DNA of 32,000 nucleotides from Cereibacter sphaeroides 2.4.1 (GTDB lineage: Bacteria > Pseudomonadota > Alphaproteobacteria > Rhodobacterales > Rhodobacteraceae), in assembly GCF_000012905.2 (NCBI RefSeq), contig NC_007493.2:510001-542000 (forward strand), in the 5' to 3' direction. Below, piece after piece: positions 8,282 through 15,727 of this stretch. Every line of letters begins with the position of its first letter. Position 1 is the stretch's first letter. A model generated the notes under the pieces. It searched no databases, was not told where the DNA came from, and saw only the letters and a program-made list of their open reading frames with translations. The translations under genes and the position numbers were made by a program.

Positions 8282-8958
8282 GCGGTGCCGTCCAGCCTCT
8301 TGCTCCAGTCCTCGACCCGCCGGCTTTCCAGCCGCCGGACCGCATGGTTGCGCCAGCCCTCGGCCAGCACGTCGAGCGCGGCCATGCCTTCGAGCTCGGC
8401 AAGGTTCATCCGGTCGACATAGAGGGCGTGCCAGAGCCGTCGCAGGCTCCAGTCCGGTGCCGGCCGGTCGATCAGCTCCAGCCGGTCGCCGGGGGCGACG
8501 GTGCCGGGCTCGAGGACGCGGTAATACCATCCGGTGCGTCCGGTCAATTGCACGCGCCGCGCCATATCGGGCACGCCGAACCGGTGGTTGAGCTTCCAGC
8601 AGGGCTGGCGCCCCTGCGAAACCTGGATCAACGCCCCGCCCAGCCGGAAGGTATCGCCCACGGCGACCTCCGCTTCGGTGAGCCCGACGGTCGAGAGGTT
8701 CTCGCCGAACCCGCCGGGCGCGAGGAGCGCCGGAAGGTCTCCGAGCTCCGCGCGCCAGCTCGGGTAATGGTCCGACGGATAGTGATGCACGGCCTTCTCG
8801 GCGCCGCCATGCACCCGCCGGTCGGCCTGTTCGTCGCCCTCGAACCCCTCGCGGCCAAGCGTCAGCGGGCGGGTGACGGGTGTCTTGCCGATCCCGCTCA
8901 GAACGTCGCTGTCGGGCAGGGGCGCGGCGCGACCCGTCAGGAGGGTGAGGGGGGTCAT
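8278..8958 (-). CDS. MOSC-domain protein (YiiM-like)
   Basis: Motifs GIGKTPV, GFEGDEQADRRVHGG, AVHHYP and the QPCWKL Cys motif are typical of YiiM-type MOSC proteins. 226 aa. ATGA overlaps at both ends. Confidence 0.8.
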   Translation of the reverse strand: MTPLTLLTGRAAPLPDSDVLSGIGKTPVTRPLTLGREGFEGDEQADRRVHGGAEKAVHHYPSDHYPSWRAELGDLPALLAPGGFGENLSTVGLTEAEVAVGDTFRLGGALIQVSQGRQPCWKLNHRFGVPDMARRVQLTGRTGWYYRVLEPGTVAPGDRLELIDRPAPDWSLRRLWHALYVDRMNLAELEGMAALDVLAEGWRNHAVRRLESRRVEDWSKRLDGTA

Positions 8959-9257
8959 GCGTCGCGCTCCCGCAGCCGATGCTCGGGTGTGGCCTGCCCG
9001 GCGATCCGCCGCACGGAGCCATCGGCTCTGGCCCCCCGCCGCAGGGCTTCTGGGGCAATCCGCGCCCGTTCTGCGCTCTGGCCCAACCGCCAGTGCTCGA
9101 AGTCCGGCAGCACAGTGGCCGGACTCGGGTCGACAGGGGCGGGCAGCGGGTCCACCGCCTTCATCCCGCGGAGCAGGTCGCCGGCACTCGGCAGAACCGG
9201 ACCGAGGAAACGGGCATCTTCAAAGGCCGGGTGGCGCAGGATCGGGGCTGATGTCAT
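8955..9257 (-). CDS. Hypothetical protein (about 100 aa), first gene of the MOSC-pdxY operon
   Basis: The ORF's stop overlaps the MOSC start (ATGA). GC3-rich codon pattern. The ATG at 9255-9257 is preferred over the TTG at 9293. No family recognised. Confidence 0.45.
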   Translation of the reverse strand: MTSAPILRHPAFEDARFLGPVLPSAGDLLRGMKAVDPLPAPVDPSPATVLPDFEHWRLGQSAERARIAPEALRRGARADGSVRRIAGQATPEHRLRERDA

Positions 9258-9349
9258 CACGGTGGCCTTTCGCGTCTCTTGCCTCTTTGGCAATTCACTG
9301 GCCTGTCTGGAAGTGCCAGTATGAACGAATGAGATAGGCCGGTTTGGAC

Positions 9350-10762
9350 ATGCGCGAGCCTCTTGCCCTCGAGATCGACCCGGGCCACGGCGGCCCGCTG
9401 TTCCTCACCATCGCCGAGGCGATCACCCTCGACATCACCCGCGGGCGGCTGAGGCCCGGAGCGAGACTGCCCGGCACGCGCGCGCTGGCACGCGCGCTCG
9501 GGGTGCACCGCAACACGGTGGATGCCGCCTATCAGGAGTTGCTGACCCAGGGCTGGCTGCAGGCGGAACCCGCGCGGGGCACCTTCGTGGCGCAGGATCT
9601 GCCGCAGGGGATGCTGGTGCGCAGGCCCGCGCCCGCGCCGGTCGAGCCGGTCGCGATGCGCGCGGGGCTCGCCTTCTCCGACGGCGCGCCGGACCCCGAG
9701 CTGGTGCCCGACAAGGCGCTGGCGCGGGCCTTTCGCCGGGCGCTCCTGTCGCCCGCCTTCCGCGCCGGAGCGGATTACGGCGATGCCCGCGGCACCTCCT
9801 CGCTGCGGGAGGCGCTGGCAGCCTATCTCGCCTCGGACCGCGGCGTGGTCGCGGATCCTGCGCGGCTGCTGATCGCGCGGGGCAGCCAGATGGCGCTCTT
9901 CCTGGCCGCCCGGGCGGCGCTGGCGCCGGGCGAGGCGATCGCGGTCGAGGAGCCGGGCTATCCGCTGGCCTGGGAGGCGTTCCGCGCAGCGGGAGCGGAG
10001 GTGCGGGGCGTGCCGGTGGATGGCGGCGGACTCAGGATCGACGCGCTCGAGGCCGCGCTGTCCCGGGATCCGTGCCTCCGGGCGGTCTATGTCACGCCGC
10101 ACCACCAGTATCCGACGACCGTCACCATGGGCGCCGCACGGCGGTTGCAGCTTCTGGAACTGGCAGAGCGCCACGGGCTCGCGCTGATCGAGGACGATTA
10201 CGACCACGAATACCGTTTCGAGGGCCGCCCGGTGCTGCCGCTGGCCGCCCGCGCGCCCGAAGGCCTGCCGCTGATCTATGTGGGCTCGCTGTCGAAGCTG
10301 CTCTCGCCCGGTATCCGGCTGGGCTATGCGCTGGCGCCCGAGCGGCTGCTGACCCGCATGGCCGCGGCGCGCGCCGCCATCGACCGGCAGGGCGACGCGC
10401 CGCTCGAGGCGGCGCTGGCCGAGCTGATCCGCGACGGCGATCTGGGCCGCCATGCCCGCAAGGCGCGCAGGGTCTACCGCGCGCGGCGGGATCTGCTGGC
10501 GGAGCGTCTCACGGCGCAGCTGGCCGGGCGCGCCGCCTTCGATCTGCCGGCCGGGGGCCTCGCGCTGTGGCTGCGCTGCACGGGCGTCTCGGCCGAGACC
10601 TGGGCCGAAGCCGCAGGGCAGGCGGGGCTCGCCCTGCTGCCGGGCACGCGCTTCGCGCTGGAGAGCCCGGCGCCGCAGGCCTTCCGGCTGGGCTATGCGG
10701 CGCTGGACGAGGGGCAGATCGCCCGGGCGGTGGAGATCCTCGCCCGGAGCTTCCCCGGCTGA
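9350..10762 (+). CDS. MocR-family regulator (GntR wHTH fused to a fold-type-I aminotransferase-like domain)
   Basis: N-terminal RLPGTRALARALGVHRNTVDAAYQELLTQGWL (GntR HTH). C-terminal aminotransferase-like domain with the PLP-lysine motif YVGSLSKLLSPG. ATG at 9350; the TTG at 9344 is two codons upstream. Confidence 0.85.
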   Translation: MREPLALEIDPGHGGPLFLTIAEAITLDITRGRLRPGARLPGTRALARALGVHRNTVDAAYQELLTQGWLQAEPARGTFVAQDLPQGMLVRRPAPAPVEPVAMRAGLAFSDGAPDPELVPDKALARAFRRALLSPAFRAGADYGDARGTSSLREALAAYLASDRGVVADPARLLIARGSQMALFLAARAALAPGEAIAVEEPGYPLAWEAFRAAGAEVRGVPVDGGGLRIDALEAALSRDPCLRAVYVTPHHQYPTTVTMGAARRLQLLELAERHGLALIEDDYDHEYRFEGRPVLPLAARAPEGLPLIYVGSLSKLLSPGIRLGYALAPERLLTRMAAARAAIDRQGDAPLEAALAELIRDGDLGRHARKARRVYRARRDLLAERLTAQLAGRAAFDLPAGGLALWLRCTGVSAETWAEAAGQAGLALLPGTRFALESPAPQAFRLGYAALDEGQIARAVEILARSFPG

Positions 10763-10763
10763 C

Positions 10764-11750
10764 CTAGTCCGCCGCGACCGGGGGGCGGGCCCGCGCGGGG
10801 GCCACATGCAGGCCGAGCCGGCTCAGAAGGTCCCGATCCTTCCACGCCGCCGGATTGCCGGTGGTCAGCAACTGGTCGCCCACGAAGATCGAATTTGCGC
10901 CCGCGAGGAAACACAGCGCCTGCAGCTCGTCGCTCATCTCCGTGCGCCCGGCCGACAGCCGCACGACCGAGGCCGGCATCAGGATGCGGGCCAGCGCCAC
11001 GATCCGCACCAGCGCGAAGGGATCGACCGCCTGCGCGCGGCCCTGCACCGGAACGCCCTCGATCTCGTTCCAGAGGTTCACCGGCACGCTGTCGGGATGC
11101 GCGGGGAGGGTCGCCAGCGTCACCAGCAAGGCGATGCGGTCTTCCTCGGCCTCTCCCATGCCGAGGATGCCGCCGCAGCAGACCTTGATGCCGCCCCTGC
11201 GGACCTGCTCGACGGTCTCGAGGCGATCCTCCATCGTCCGCGTGCTGGCGATCCGCGCGTAATAGGCGGGCGAGGTGTCGATGTTGTGGTTGTAGAAGTC
11301 GAGGCCCGCCGCCTTTAGCCGCGCGACCTGCCCGGGCGAGAGCATCCCCAGCGTCATGCAGGTCTCGAGCCCCAGATCGGCCACGCCCCGCACCATGTCG
11401 CAGAGCCTGTCCATGTCGCGGTCCTTGGGGCTGCGCCAGGCAGCCCCCATGCAGAAGCGCTGCGCGCCGGCGGCCTTGGCGCGCCTGGCGGCGGCCAGAA
11501 CCTCCTCCGTCCCCATCAGTTTCGTGGCCTTCACCCCGGTGTCGTGATGGGCGGACTGCGAGCAATAGCCGCAATCCTCGGGGCAGCCGCCGGTCTTGAT
11601 GCTCAGAAGGCTCGCGGTCTCGATCGCAGTGGGGTCGAAATGCGCACGGTGGAGCGTCTGGGCACGGTGCATCAGCTCGGGGAAGGGCAGGGCGTGGATC
11701 GCCCTCGCTTCCTCCAAGGTCCAGTCGGTCCTGAGGGCGGGGCGGATCAT
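10764..11750 (-). CDS. bioB: Biotin synthase
   Basis: Radical-SAM motif [10 protein letters not shown] plus MGAAWR, NHNIDTS and [10 protein letters not shown]. 328 aa from the ATG at 11748-11750. ATGA overlap with the bioY stop. Confidence 0.95.
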   Translation of the reverse strand: MIRPALRTDWTLEEARAIHALPFPELMHRAQTLHRAHFDPTAIETASLLSIKTGGCPEDCGYCSQSAHHDTGVKATKLMGTEEVLAAARRAKAAGAQRFCMGAAWRSPKDRDMDRLCDMVRGVADLGLETCMTLGMLSPGQVARLKAAGLDFYNHNIDTSPAYYARIASTRTMEDRLETVEQVRRGGIKVCCGGILGMGEAEEDRIALLVTLATLPAHPDSVPVNLWNEIEGVPVQGRAQAVDPFALVRIVALARILMPASVVRLSAGRTEMSDELQALCFLAGANSIFVGDQLLTTGNPAAWKDRDLLSRLGLHVAPARARPPVAAD

Positions 11751-12304
11751 TGCCCGCGTCCCTTGAAGCGCGCGAGCGCGCCGACCAGCCCGGAGGCCAG
11801 GGCCAGCTTGACCAGATCGCCCAGGATGAAGGGCAGGAAGCCCGCCGCCAGCAGGGACGCGGCCGGCACGAAATGGGCAAGCCAGGCGAGGCCGGTGGCG
11901 TAGACTACGGTGAGCCCCGCAAGCATGGCCAGGAAGCGCACTATCGCCCCGCGCCCCTCCGCCAGCCAGCCGGCAAGGCCCGCGCCCAGCAGGTAGCCCG
12001 CAAGATAGCCTCCGGTCGGCCCGGCCATGTAGACAAGCCCGATGCCGCGCTCCGGCGTGCCCGAAAAGACCGGCATCCCCAGAGCGCCGGCCGCCAGATA
12101 GGTCGCCATCGCCGCGAACCCGAGCCTCGGGCCGAGCGCTGCGGCGAGGAAGAACACCGCGAGCGAATGCAGCGTCATCGGCACCGGCCAGAACGGGATC
12201 TGGATCTTGGCGCCGAGCGTGATCAGCGCCGCGCCGCCGAGCGCCAGTGCAAGGCCGCATCCGAGCGCTGCGGGACGGCCGATGGAAGGGGTGAGAAGCG
12301 CCAA
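11747..12304 (-). CDS. bioY: Biotin transporter S-component BioY
   Basis: 185-aa polytopic membrane protein with the BioY-type segment [19 protein letters not shown]...[13 protein letters not shown] start preceded by GGAGGA with a 7-nt spacer. Confidence 0.85.
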   Translation of the reverse strand: MALLTPSIGRPAALGCGLALALGGAALITLGAKIQIPFWPVPMTLHSLAVFFLAAALGPRLGFAAMATYLAAGALGMPVFSGTPERGIGLVYMAGPTGGYLAGYLLGAGLAGWLAEGRGAIVRFLAMLAGLTVVYATGLAWLAHFVPAASLLAAGFLPFILGDLVKLALASGLVGALARFKGRGQ

Positions 12305-12333
12305 GGGTTTGTCCTCCGGAGATAGGGTCGAAT

Positions 12334-12343
12334 CTATCTATAA
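12334..12343. promoter_or_regulatory. BioR box (CTATCTATAA, 9/10 to TTATMKATAA)
   Basis: An AT-rich palindrome in otherwise GC-rich DNA, 30 nt upstream of the bioY TTG start. Confidence 0.65.
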
Positions 12344-12377
12344 TCAGGAGGGAGCCACGCTGCTCTGGCAACGTTAA

Positions 12378-12387
12378 TTATAGATAA
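12378..12387. promoter_or_regulatory. BioR box (TTATAGATAA, 10/10)
   Basis: Perfect match to the alphaproteobacterial BioR palindrome. It abuts the bioR stop codon (12388-12390), upstream of bioY. Confidence 0.75.
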
Positions 12388-13056
12388 TCAGTCGTGAATG
12401 TCGTAAGTTCCAGGCCTGTCTCCGTTATTTGCGGATGGCCTGCGCCGTCCGACCCAGCCGACATGGCGGGCGAGCGTGGAACAGGCGAGGTCGGTCTGCC
12501 CCTTGCGCAGCGCATCGAGGATCGCGCGGTGGTCGTGATCGGTGCGCGCCTCCCAGTCGCGCCGCCAGGCTGCGAAGAGAAATCGCGCGCTGGCCGCCTG
12601 CAGGTCGTCGATGGTCCGCAGCAGGCGGGGCATGCGGCAGGGAGACAGGATCAGCCGGTGGAAATGGCGGTTTGCCTCCTCCCACTCGCGGACCGTGCTG
12701 GCCGAGTCTCCGCGGCGCGTAATTTCTTCTGCCTGCAGCAGAATGGCGCGTGTCAGGTTGGGGGCGGCATGGCGCAGGGCGAGGCTCTCGAGGCTGGAGC
12801 GCATCTCGGCGACCTCGCGCAGCTCGGCCACGTCGAACTCGGTGACGCGGAAGCCGCGCCTCGGTTCGCTCTCGGCCAGCCCCCTGGTCTGCAGCTCGCG
12901 AAAGGCCTCGCGCACCGGCACATGGCTGGCGCCGAACTCGATGGCGACATGATCCTGCCTGAGCCGCGCGCCGGGCGGGATCTCGCCCGAGATGATGCGA
13001 TCTGCAAGGATGCGGGCGATGCGGGCGGATTGAGTTTCTTCCGGGCTGTGCTGCAT
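12388..13056 (-). CDS. bioR: GntR/FadR-type regulator, probable biotin repressor BioR
   Basis: N-terminal GntR wHTH (RLRQDHVAIEFGASHVPVREAFRELQTRG) plus an FCD-type helical C-terminal domain. It is adjacent to bioY-bioB and flanked by BioR boxes. Confidence 0.75.
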   Translation of the reverse strand: MQHSPEETQSARIARILADRIISGEIPPGARLRQDHVAIEFGASHVPVREAFRELQTRGLAESEPRRGFRVTEFDVAELREVAEMRSSLESLALRHAAPNLTRAILLQAEEITRRGDSASTVREWEEANRHFHRLILSPCRMPRLLRTIDDLQAASARFLFAAWRRDWEARTDHDHRAILDALRKGQTDLACSTLARHVGWVGRRRPSANNGDRPGTYDIHD

Positions 13057-13059
13057 GAT

Positions 13060-13069
13060 TTATAGATAA
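13060..13069. promoter_or_regulatory. BioR box (TTATAGATAA, 10/10) 3 nt upstream of the bioR ATG
   Basis: Perfect palindrome at positions -13 to -4 relative to the bioR start codon. Confidence 0.75.
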
Positions 13070-13091
13070 TTGACGCGGAATGGCTTGTCGA
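13063..13091 (-). promoter_or_regulatory. Putative bioR promoter TCGACA-N17-TATCTA, predicting a leaderless or near-leaderless mRNA
   Basis: On the minus strand the -35-like TCGACA (13086-13091) and -10-like TATCTA (13063-13068) are 17 nt apart. No Shine-Dalgarno sequence precedes the ATG. The -10 lies inside the BioR box. Confidence 0.35.
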
Positions 13092-13518
13092 CGGCTGAGG
13101 CTGCCGCTCAACGTCTCCCATCACTGTTCGCCGACGTCAGGCGCTGGAGAGGCAACGCTCCGAAGGCATTTTCCCTACCGCGGCTTGACCCGCGCGGATC
13201 CGCTGGGCCCGCAGTGGGACAGCGGCGGGTCGGGTTGGGTCAGCTTCGCGCACCGATCTTTGCCGGCTCCGTCTCACGTTTCTTGAGCCCAGCGGCTGCG
13301 GCAGGGCGTCTGTCAAAGCTCTGCGTCTCATGATACGAGGTCCCTTCTCGCATCGCGCGCGCGGGGGATCTGCTGCCGGCTCCCTTAGGTTGGCGTACAC
13401 CGAAGCGAGCCCATGATGACCTTCTGACATGGCGCATGGGACGCATCGGGTCCGATGGCGAGATCGGCGTGGATGGAACATGACGGACCGAAACGAGACG
13501 AAGGCGAGGGGAGTATAA

Positions 13519-14514
13519 GTGACTGAACTGAAGCAGCCTTCGTCAACGGCCTGCCGCCTGTCAGTGGCTCCGATGCTGGACTGGACCGACCGCCATTGCC
13601 GCTTTTTCCACCGGCTGATGACGCGGCGCGCCATGCTTTATACCGAGATGGTCACCGCGCCCGCCGTCATTCACGGGCCGCGCGACCGGCTTCTCGGGTT
13701 CTCCGAGGCGGAGCATCCCGTGGCGCTGCAGCTCGGCGGCTCCGATCCGGCGGAGCTTGCGCAGGCGGTCCGGCTGGCGGAACCCTATGGCTATGACGAG
13801 ATCAACCTCAACGTGGGCTGCCCCTCCGACCGTGTGCAGTCCGGCTGCTTCGGGGCCGTGCTGATGGAGCGGCCCTCCCTCGTTGCCGACTGCGTGGCGG
13901 CCATGATCGCGGAAAGCCCGGTGCCCGTCACCGTCAAGTGCCGGATCGGCGTCGACGAGCAGGAGCCCTCCGAGGTGCTGCCCGCCTTCCTCGAGACCGT
14001 GGCCGCTGCCGGTGTGCGGCATTTCGTGATCCACGCCCGCAAGGCCTGGCTGCAGGGGCTGAGCCCACGGGAGAACCGCGAGATCCCGCCGCTCGATTAC
14101 CCGCTGGTGATCGCCATGAAACGCCGTTTCCCCGAACTCACGATCTGTCTCAACGGCGGGGTGGGCAGCCTTACGCAGGCCGAGGCGCTGCTGGCGCAGG
14201 GGCTCGACGGCATCATGATCGGCCGTGCCGCCTATAACGAGCCCGAGCTGCTGCTCGAGGCCGACCGGCTCTGGGGCGAGGAGCCGCCGCGCGATCTCGC
14301 GGCGGTGCTGGCCGACATGCGCCCCTACATCTCGGCGCATCTCGAGGGCGGCGGACGGCTGCACCAGATCACCCGGCACATGCTCGGGCTCTTTGCCGGG
14401 CGGCCCGGTGCCCGCCACTGGCGGCGCATCCTCTCCGAGGGCGCCGCCCGGCCCGGGGCAGGGCTCGCGCTTTTCGACGAGGCGCTCGAGGCGGTGCAGC
14501 CGCGCGCGGCCTGA
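13519..14514 (+). CDS. dusA: tRNA-dihydrouridine(20/20a) synthase
   Basis: SVAPMLDWTDRHCRFFHRLMT, EINLNVGCPS and the KCRIG motif are typical of DusA. GTG start preceded by GGGGAG. Confidence 0.9.
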   Translation: MTELKQPSSTACRLSVAPMLDWTDRHCRFFHRLMTRRAMLYTEMVTAPAVIHGPRDRLLGFSEAEHPVALQLGGSDPAELAQAVRLAEPYGYDEINLNVGCPSDRVQSGCFGAVLMERPSLVADCVAAMIAESPVPVTVKCRIGVDEQEPSEVLPAFLETVAAAGVRHFVIHARKAWLQGLSPRENREIPPLDYPLVIAMKRRFPELTICLNGGVGSLTQAEALLAQGLDGIMIGRAAYNEPELLLEADRLWGEEPPRDLAAVLADMRPYISAHLEGGGRLHQITRHMLGLFAGRPGARHWRRILSEGAARPGAGLALFDEALEAVQPRAA

Positions 14515-14594
14515 CGTTTCCGAAGGGCGGGCCTCTGGCCTTCGCGGCCGACGCAGGCTAAGGCGGGGCGCATCCCCGCAAGAACAGGCTCGCC

Positions 14595-15413
14595 ATGACC
14601 GAACTCTCGCTGCTCCTGCCCATGCTGGCGCTCCTCCTCGCCATCGGCGCCTTCGCGGGGATCATCGCGGGCCTTCTCGGCGTGGGCGGCGGGCTCGTCC
14701 TCGTGCCGGCCTATCTCTATGCCTTCGAGGCGATGGGCTACGGCGGGCCCTCGCTGATGCGCGTCTGCCTCGCCACCTCGCTCGCCACGATCATCGTGAC
14801 CTCGCTCCGCTCCGTCCATGCCCACCACCGCAAGGGTGCCGTCGATCTCGAGATCCTGCGGCGATGGGGCCTCTGGATCGCGCTCGGCGCGGTCGCGGGC
14901 ACCTTCCTCGCCTCCAGCATGAAGTCGGTCGTCCTGCAGGGGATCTTCGGCGGCGTGGGTGTGGCCGTGGGGCTCTACATGGCCTTCGGCAAGACGAGCT
15001 GGCGGCTCGGCGAGAGCCTGCCCCAGGGCGCGGCGCGGGCGGCCACCGGCACCGGAGTGGGGCTCCTGTCGGTCCTGATGGGCATCGGCGGCGGCACCTT
15101 CGGGGTGCCGCTCATGAGCCTCTTCAACGTGCCGATCCACCGCGCCGTGGCCACCGCGGCGGGCTTCGGCGTCATCATCGCCCTGCCCTCGGCCGCGCTC
15201 TTCCTCTTCACGCCCACCGATGCGGCGCCGCCCCTGACGGTGGGCGCGGTCAACTTGCCTGCCTTCGGCATCACCATCGCCATGACGCTCTTGACCACGC
15301 CCCTCGGCGTGAAGCTCGCCCATGCGATGGACCCCAAACCCCTCAAGCGGGTCTTCGCCGTCTTCATCATGATCGTGGCGCTGAACATGCTGCGAAAGGC
15401 GTTCCTCGCCTGA
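14595..15413 (+). CDS. TauE/SafE (TSUP) family anion permease
   Basis: 272-aa polytopic membrane protein with the duplicated G-rich TSUP motifs GLLGVGGGLVLVP and LMGIGGGTFGVP. Confidence 0.8.
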   Translation: MTELSLLLPMLALLLAIGAFAGIIAGLLGVGGGLVLVPAYLYAFEAMGYGGPSLMRVCLATSLATIIVTSLRSVHAHHRKGAVDLEILRRWGLWIALGAVAGTFLASSMKSVVLQGIFGGVGVAVGLYMAFGKTSWRLGESLPQGAARAATGTGVGLLSVLMGIGGGTFGVPLMSLFNVPIHRAVATAAGFGVIIALPSAALFLFTPTDAAPPLTVGAVNLPAFGITIAMTLLTTPLGVKLAHAMDPKPLKRVFAVFIMIVALNMLRKAFLA

Positions 15414-15545
15414 TCCGCACAGCGGGGCGAAGGCAGGCCTGCACCCGAGCGTCGGAGCTCGCCCCAAGCGGTGCAGCACCGGACCGGCGCGCGAGCTTCA
15501 ACCGAACGCTCCTGCAAACTCCTGCCTGATCGCCGCCGGGTCGGG

Positions 15546-15586
15546 ATAAAAGCGCCCTGCCACGCAAGAGCCGGAAGGCACGGCGC
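15546..15586 (-). terminator. Putative intrinsic terminator about 140 nt downstream of dnaB
   Basis: On the minus strand, stem GCGCCGTGCC/GGCAGGGCGC (10 bp, one mismatch) with a 15-nt loop, followed by TTTTAT. There is no T-run on the plus strand. Confidence 0.45.
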
Positions 15587-15727
15587 AAAGGGCACCTGTC
15601 GCGGTCCTGCCGATCTCCGAAGGAGCGCGCCAGTCACCTGATGCAAGCGCGTGGGCTGCCTGTGTCTTCCGCGGCAGCGCCGGAGAGCGGGGGCTCGATG
15701 CCCCCCGAGCCGGCCCCTCTCGGCGCG

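Noticed and set aside
8282-9058. N-terminal extension of the pdxY ORF to 548 aa, and likewise of bioB to 535 aa (11751-12371)
   Set aside because: The extensions overlap the MOSC and bioY genes in other frames and have implausible composition. Internal ATGs at 8281 and 11750 give full-length homologous proteins with ATGA coupling to the upstream gene.
13070-13620. dusA 5' end as an integration site for dusA-specific integrase islands
   Set aside because: dusA is a known island target, but there is no integrase or island cargo upstream, and I saw no duplicated dusA 5' fragment. Only an unexplained non-coding gap remains, and that is reported separately.
13137-13634. 165-aa minus-strand ORF in the bioR-dusA spacer
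   Set aside because: It overlaps the dusA 5' coding region antisense. It is Arg/Ser-rich, has no RBS and has no recognisable motif.
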